Assembly: GCA_043805315.1 (NCBI GenBank)
Contig: JAZDID010000120.1
Coordinates: 1 to 45,680 of the forward strand
Source of the DNA: Nanobdellota archaeon
GTDB lineage: Archaea > Nanobdellota > Nanobdellia > Woesearchaeales > JAHJEM01
Length of the DNA stretch: 45,680 nt
Direction: 5' to 3'
Made by a program: the position numbers and the translations under genes. The notes beneath the pieces are model-generated. The model worked only from the letters and a program-made list of their open reading frames with translations. It did no database searches and was not told where the DNA came from. Shown one piece after another: positions 43,901 to 45,680 of this stretch. Position 1 is the stretch's first letter. Each line of letters starts with the position of its first letter.

Positions 43901-45680
43901 AACAGAGAACAACAGGAGGTACACGGCAGTATTCTCGCCTGACTTCAACAGCAACCAGGGCCAGAACTTCACCTATTATATTACTGCGCAGGACAACAGG
44001 GCGAACACGAACAGGACAGAGGACTTCATTGATTACATCGACCCGATCAATGACCCTCCCGCAGTCACGATTGCCAGGCCAGACAACCAGACCTCATTCA
44101 ACCTGCAGGGTCAGGTCATCTGGAACGTTTTTGACGAGGACAATGACCCCACGATTTCATCACTCTACTACAGGACACGTGCGAGCAGCTCGCTGACCTC
44201 GGCTGCGGGGTCATACATGTTCATCACTACCACTGCAATCAATGAGACAACTTTCCTCTGGAACACTTCAGGCATCAGCCAAGGCCATTACCAGCTCAAG
44301 ATCAATGCATCTGACGGCGCAGCGCAAGGAGAGCAGGAGTCCGCAATATTCACCATAGACCACACGCCGCCAGCAGGAGTGACCCTGGTCTCGCCGATCA
44401 ATGGCACCACGACGAACCAAGAGCCAGTGCAGTTCAGGTTCAACACCTCGGACAACCTCGCAGCTACTCTCGCCTGCGACCTCTTCATCGACGGATTTAT
44501 GGGGGTCGTAAACATCTCTGCCCAGAACAGCACGCAGAAGGTGCAGAATGTACCTGGCATTCCTGAGGGAGCGCATAGCTGGTCTGTGGTGTGCAGGGAT
44601 CTCGCAGGCCTGAGTGCGGCGAGCCTGACAGAGCAGTTCTCAGTCGACAGGACCAGGCCGACCATCATGCTCCAAGAGCCCGTGCCTGCCGCAGTCTTCA
44701 GCCAGCCGAACATCATCTTCAACTTCACTGCAACCGACAATGTCGATAGCCTGTTGGACTGCGCCCTGCTCATCAACGGAGGCCAGAAGGGCAGCATAAC
44801 AGCGCTCAACAATACCTTCACGAGCATCATGGCTACATCGCTCAACAGCCAGGTGCACAACTGGCAGGTGCGCTGCACAGACGAGGCAGCGAACGGGAAC
44901 ACTACTGAGTCCAGGATCCTCAATATCCAGACAGACCTCAGCATCGCATCCAGCGACATCACCTTCTCTCCAGAGACGCCGACGCAGGGCACAAGCACGA
45001 CAGCCAATGCGACCATCCGCAACCTGGGCATAGCCAATGCGAGCAGCGTGCTTGTGGAGTTCTATGACCAGTTCAATGTGCTGAAAGGCAGCAGGACCGT
45101 GAACGTGCCTGCGCTCGGAAGTGCGACTGCAAGCATCACCTGGAGCCTGGCAGGCTACAGCCCTGGAGAGCATCCCTTGCAGGCCATCATCCAGCAGGGC
45201 CCCTACCTGGACAGCAACCTCGCGAACAACGAGGCGGGCAAGAACATCACGATCATCCTTGACCAGGATGCACCGGTCTTCTCACAAATCCTCACGACTC
45301 CACGAAATATCACCGAACACACGCTGAGCGCAAGCTTTGATGTCAACATCACGGACACTGGTGTCGGAATCGATCCGAGCTCGGTTCTCCTGAATTATTC
45401 CGTCGGCGCAATCTCAGGATCTAAAGCGATGACTCTTGTTTCAGGCAACACCTATCGTGCTGTCTTGAACAGGAGCGATATAGACTTTGACGCCCTGCAG
45501 GGAAACACGCTGTCATTCCTGGCTGCAGCGCGCGACCTGAATGGAAATGCAGGGACATCACTGCTGCAGCAGGAGTACATCGATCCGGTGAATGATGCGC
45601 CGAACATCACGATCTTCCTGCCGGACGCGAGCTCGCAGTGGGGAGGCGTGCAGACCATCCTCTTCAATGTCGACAATGAC
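37965..45680 (+). CDS. Giant surface protein, 5'-complete and 3'-truncated by the window end (more than 2570 aa); Ig-like PNGGE modules, FN3, discoidin, cadherin-like and CARDB domains
   Basis: This ORF is not in the supplied ORF track.
- Frame 0 has no stop that I found when reading by eye from the TGA at 37851-37853 to nt 45680, and the track lists no frame-0 ORF there.
- Candidate starts: TTG 37965 (AGGAGAGGT 8 nt upstream, 8-nt overlap with the previous gene), ATG 37872, ATG 38070.
- Signal peptide: KRGRGKQGKSLFSAGALLLLLLLLSLLMAGLALAA.
- FN3 domains: 39538-39810 and 40514-40790.
- Discoidin-like domain: 41610-41975.
- Three ~100-aa cadherin-like repeats: 42225-43125.
- CARDB-like domains: 43401-43720 and 44934-45255. 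Confidence 0.9.
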   Translation, partial: MDRQTLEGKRGRGKQGKSLFSAGALLLLLLLLSLLMAGLALAATRKPIVHPITLPPQVQVLFPNNGENITTRTLNVSWNAFDPDGDVVTLNIFVDRNSDPADGSIQVASSEPNDGWYILDLLPLALPEDYYYIRVDAVADIERVTDYADLPFYKGGFAVNYSSGQYQASVLLVQQPEITVSPDLAPLGRGIYPIRFTVRDPNHESLFGTFYYSSSPGQRQNLISQNIPLSNICTDPDGDTATANNCTLYWNTTLNANVSIDIVATNTHLEGNASTPLVQFDNNPEVQVLFPNGGEELTDRYVTASWTAGDVANFSVLIDLYYDDDATAFNGRTLIASAEPNDGFYVWDLHTVQAGDYYLSIDARSSGVDSSGNPITVSSTDYSNALFRKRGFNESFTSVFVSNNYTVTVNEAPAVEVTSPNGGETINGTQSVQFNVSDLQGDFLAASIYYSTVPGAKENLIGANISLNSTYCADPDGTTSTENSCAYSWDTLGLNGNYYLDILVSDSILTGFDSSDASFTVNNYPRIMNLTVSNVTDQSSLISWQTPDEDTNATVRYGLDQNLTQQTSTLSVGRIQVILLQNLVGNKVYYFSALSCDATGLCTSSSIRNFTTLDNRPALAVLSPNGGEVFTTSQVNITWNATDPDQDPITLDVYYDTDNLSVNGRNLISSGEVNDGWLVWNIQNLNNGNYFVSIDANTTSLTEGPVIVQDYSDNSFEKSDISLVYTSNAYQADVLKNAPVSIVIGVNDTEPLEDNVTISFNLTDLEDQFLTVSLFYSSAPGLKEYALFTDLIINASFCAVVQQHSQGGASYGCEVVIDSDSINGDFYLDLEADDSIHTSLNSSSLLAFNNPPHFMNIQVLDIDTHTVQVSWQTAELTNASISYGLSQNYTDRAADSNPLLNQSLVLANLTGNRRYHFMITSCDTSGKCTSTQDMNFTTLNNLPIVQVIYPNGGEQIDQQVLNIQWSAVDEDLDPATLDIFYDVDANTANGRFLIAANQQNNGSYTWDLSGLQPGPYYISIDAKSQDLRQGQVTVTDYSDGRFTKGQFGNTFTSNSYNVTVFKNTNPFGNITSPTLFSILVRNTTINFTVHDNEGDGLYASIYYGGEIFRRQLIVTNPRNTPLISYPVSAVIDTKTLIEQHKLRPDAVELKIIVDGIEEQLFIESGLNTNATVVWFSVSLQPGQTRNDIYLLYGAAASLAMERSEPDWTRFLPSLNVLANKPILSFSSEAVGFPAANSNDNNTATKWRGTGSSDFIRYNLTGLHNPSMVKFTAGSGTNHSRARFSLDNANFTVINETTFWTGTVQNISFRPIEMRYLLIDQITSTTQSDIFEIELFTPLLIQAAIGAESAGSKVPIVLGLDLSNPATCTDPDGSTTTPNNCSYFWDMSQLDGEFCIRLETTDLISETAVHEVCNITIDNINDYPLLVIPVLNQRWEVNTELINAFDLDDYFRDPNNDTLTFNVTGNSIITVGIDPFTHLVSFSQPQNFTGKEFVTFIADDGYRGITASNLVELFVTPTKPNISGLPDQFLLEDSPIGFSVDLWNYSSDQEMNLSQLSYAVVSQTNASLINCVITGGHFATCLAPRANASGESIVNVSVSDSTSFDYDYFSITVIEINDAPDIANLPDKTILEDQDPPDNWIDLWNYTQDVEDPDSSLAFTITSQTNTGLISCDIASNRFVNCSSPSPTQSGFSDVSVQATDTGNLTDADTFRVTVIPVDNMPVITLLEPVNGYSTIDFTLNFSYTVTDIDDTWFLCDLIIDSIVQVNDRNVSNGTVALETVSNLSAGMHTWRARCTDRSNTALSENRSFSIFTDLEITTADITFSDELPLQGDTINITAIVRNLGRVDALNVPVAFFLNTIRFSTQLVSIPQNNSRSITIPFNTGPFTGNNTILVKVNENATIQETNLDNNNASKALFITQDIFPPAYDGLVQLPANITEQTGSVNISVNVTDRGSGVNPTTVRLIYTLGIGVPQVVGMSTENNRRYTAVFSPDFNSNQGQNFTYYITAQDNRANTNRTEDFIDYIDPINDPPAVTIARPDNQTSFNLQGQVIWNVFDEDNDPTISSLYYRTRASSSLTSAAGSYMFITTTAINETTFLWNTSGISQGHYQLKINASDGAAQGEQESAIFTIDHTPPAGVTLVSPINGTTTNQEPVQFRFNTSDNLAATLACDLFIDGFMGVVNISAQNSTQKVQNVPGIPEGAHSWSVVCRDLAGLSAASLTEQFSVDRTRPTIMLQEPVPAAVFSQPNIIFNFTATDNVDSLLDCALLINGGQKGSITALNNTFTSIMATSLNSQVHNWQVRCTDEAANGNTTESRILNIQTDLSIASSDITFSPETPTQGTSTTANATIRNLGIANASSVLVEFYDQFNVLKGSRTVNVPALGSATASITWSLAGYSPGEHPLQAIIQQGPYLDSNLANNEAGKNITIILDQDAPVFSQILTTPRNITEHTLSASFDVNITDTGVGIDPSSVLLNYSVGAISGSKAMTLVSGNTYRAVLNRSDIDFDALQGNTLSFLAAARDLNGNAGTSLLQQEYIDPVNDAPNITIFLPDASSQWGGVQTILFNVDND
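38128..41050 (+). repeat. Four tandem super-repeats of the form [PNGGE Ig-like module - second Ig-like module with C-x-DPDG...C - (FN3)]
   Basis: Module starts:
- VQVLFPNNGE at 38128
- VQVLFPNGGE at 38815
- VTSPNGGE at ~39212
- LSPNGGE at 39820
- IYPNGGE at 40795
The 23-mer AGGTCCAGGTCCTGTTCCCGAAC is identical at ~38135 and ~38817. Confidence 0.8.

Noticed and set aside
22472-45173. Many antisense or out-of-frame ORFs inside the three giant genes, e.g. 29124..29765 (-), 33826..34557 (-), 43190..43837 (-), 44288..45037 (-), 38404..38871 (+)
   Set aside because: All lie inside long uninterrupted frames with recognisable domains. Their own translations are compositionally skewed and motif-free, as expected where the opposite frame is stop-poor.
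21954-45680. Diversity-generating retroelement targeting the giant surface proteins
   Set aside because: The window has no reverse transcriptase ORF, and I saw no near-identical template/variable repeat pair with adenine-specific differences. This cannot be excluded for sequence outside the window.

Overview
The window looks like an archaeal chromosomal segment. Evidence: an Rpo11/RpoL subunit, an archaeal-type cis-prenyltransferase, a XerA-like recombinase, TATA boxes about 23-30 nt upstream of many start codons, and oligo-T terminators. The small-genome, DPANN-like lifestyle is only an inference from gene content. I recognised no rRNA, tRNA or CRISPR array.

Layout:
- 170-4309: five same-strand ORFan genes (a membrane protein with a Pro/Thr-rich linker, plus coiled-coil proteins).
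- 4321-6800: a heavily repeated region. A xerA-like tyrosine recombinase and a PadR regulator are bracketed by mirror-image repeat arrays, and two copies of a C-rich intergenic repeat lie here.
- 6848-13766: an HTH regulator, vapBC, a COG2263/METTL5-like methyltransferase, rpoL, GGPP synthase, UPP synthase, a CBS protein and a tandem nucleotidyltransferase protein.
- 13893-20420: a minus-strand set with two large secreted ORFan proteins (747 and 1105 aa).
- 21100 to the window end: a co-directional block of more than 24 kb. It holds a SurA-like lipoprotein, a 3592-aa surface protein that fuses a subtilisin-type protease to an NPP-type phosphodiesterase among many adhesion modules, a roughly 1520-aa protein with about 20 FG-GAP repeats, a small lipoprotein, and a third giant ORF of more than 2570 aa.

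The supplied ORF track does not list that third giant ORF, because it has no stop codon inside the window. The most interesting items are the giant surface-protein island, the mirrored repeat arrays around the recombinase, and a 13-mer box found both in the right-hand array upstream of padR and at the 5' end of the FG-GAP gene, with partial copies upstream of the 3592-aa gene. All domain calls come from motifs read by eye. No database search was run.
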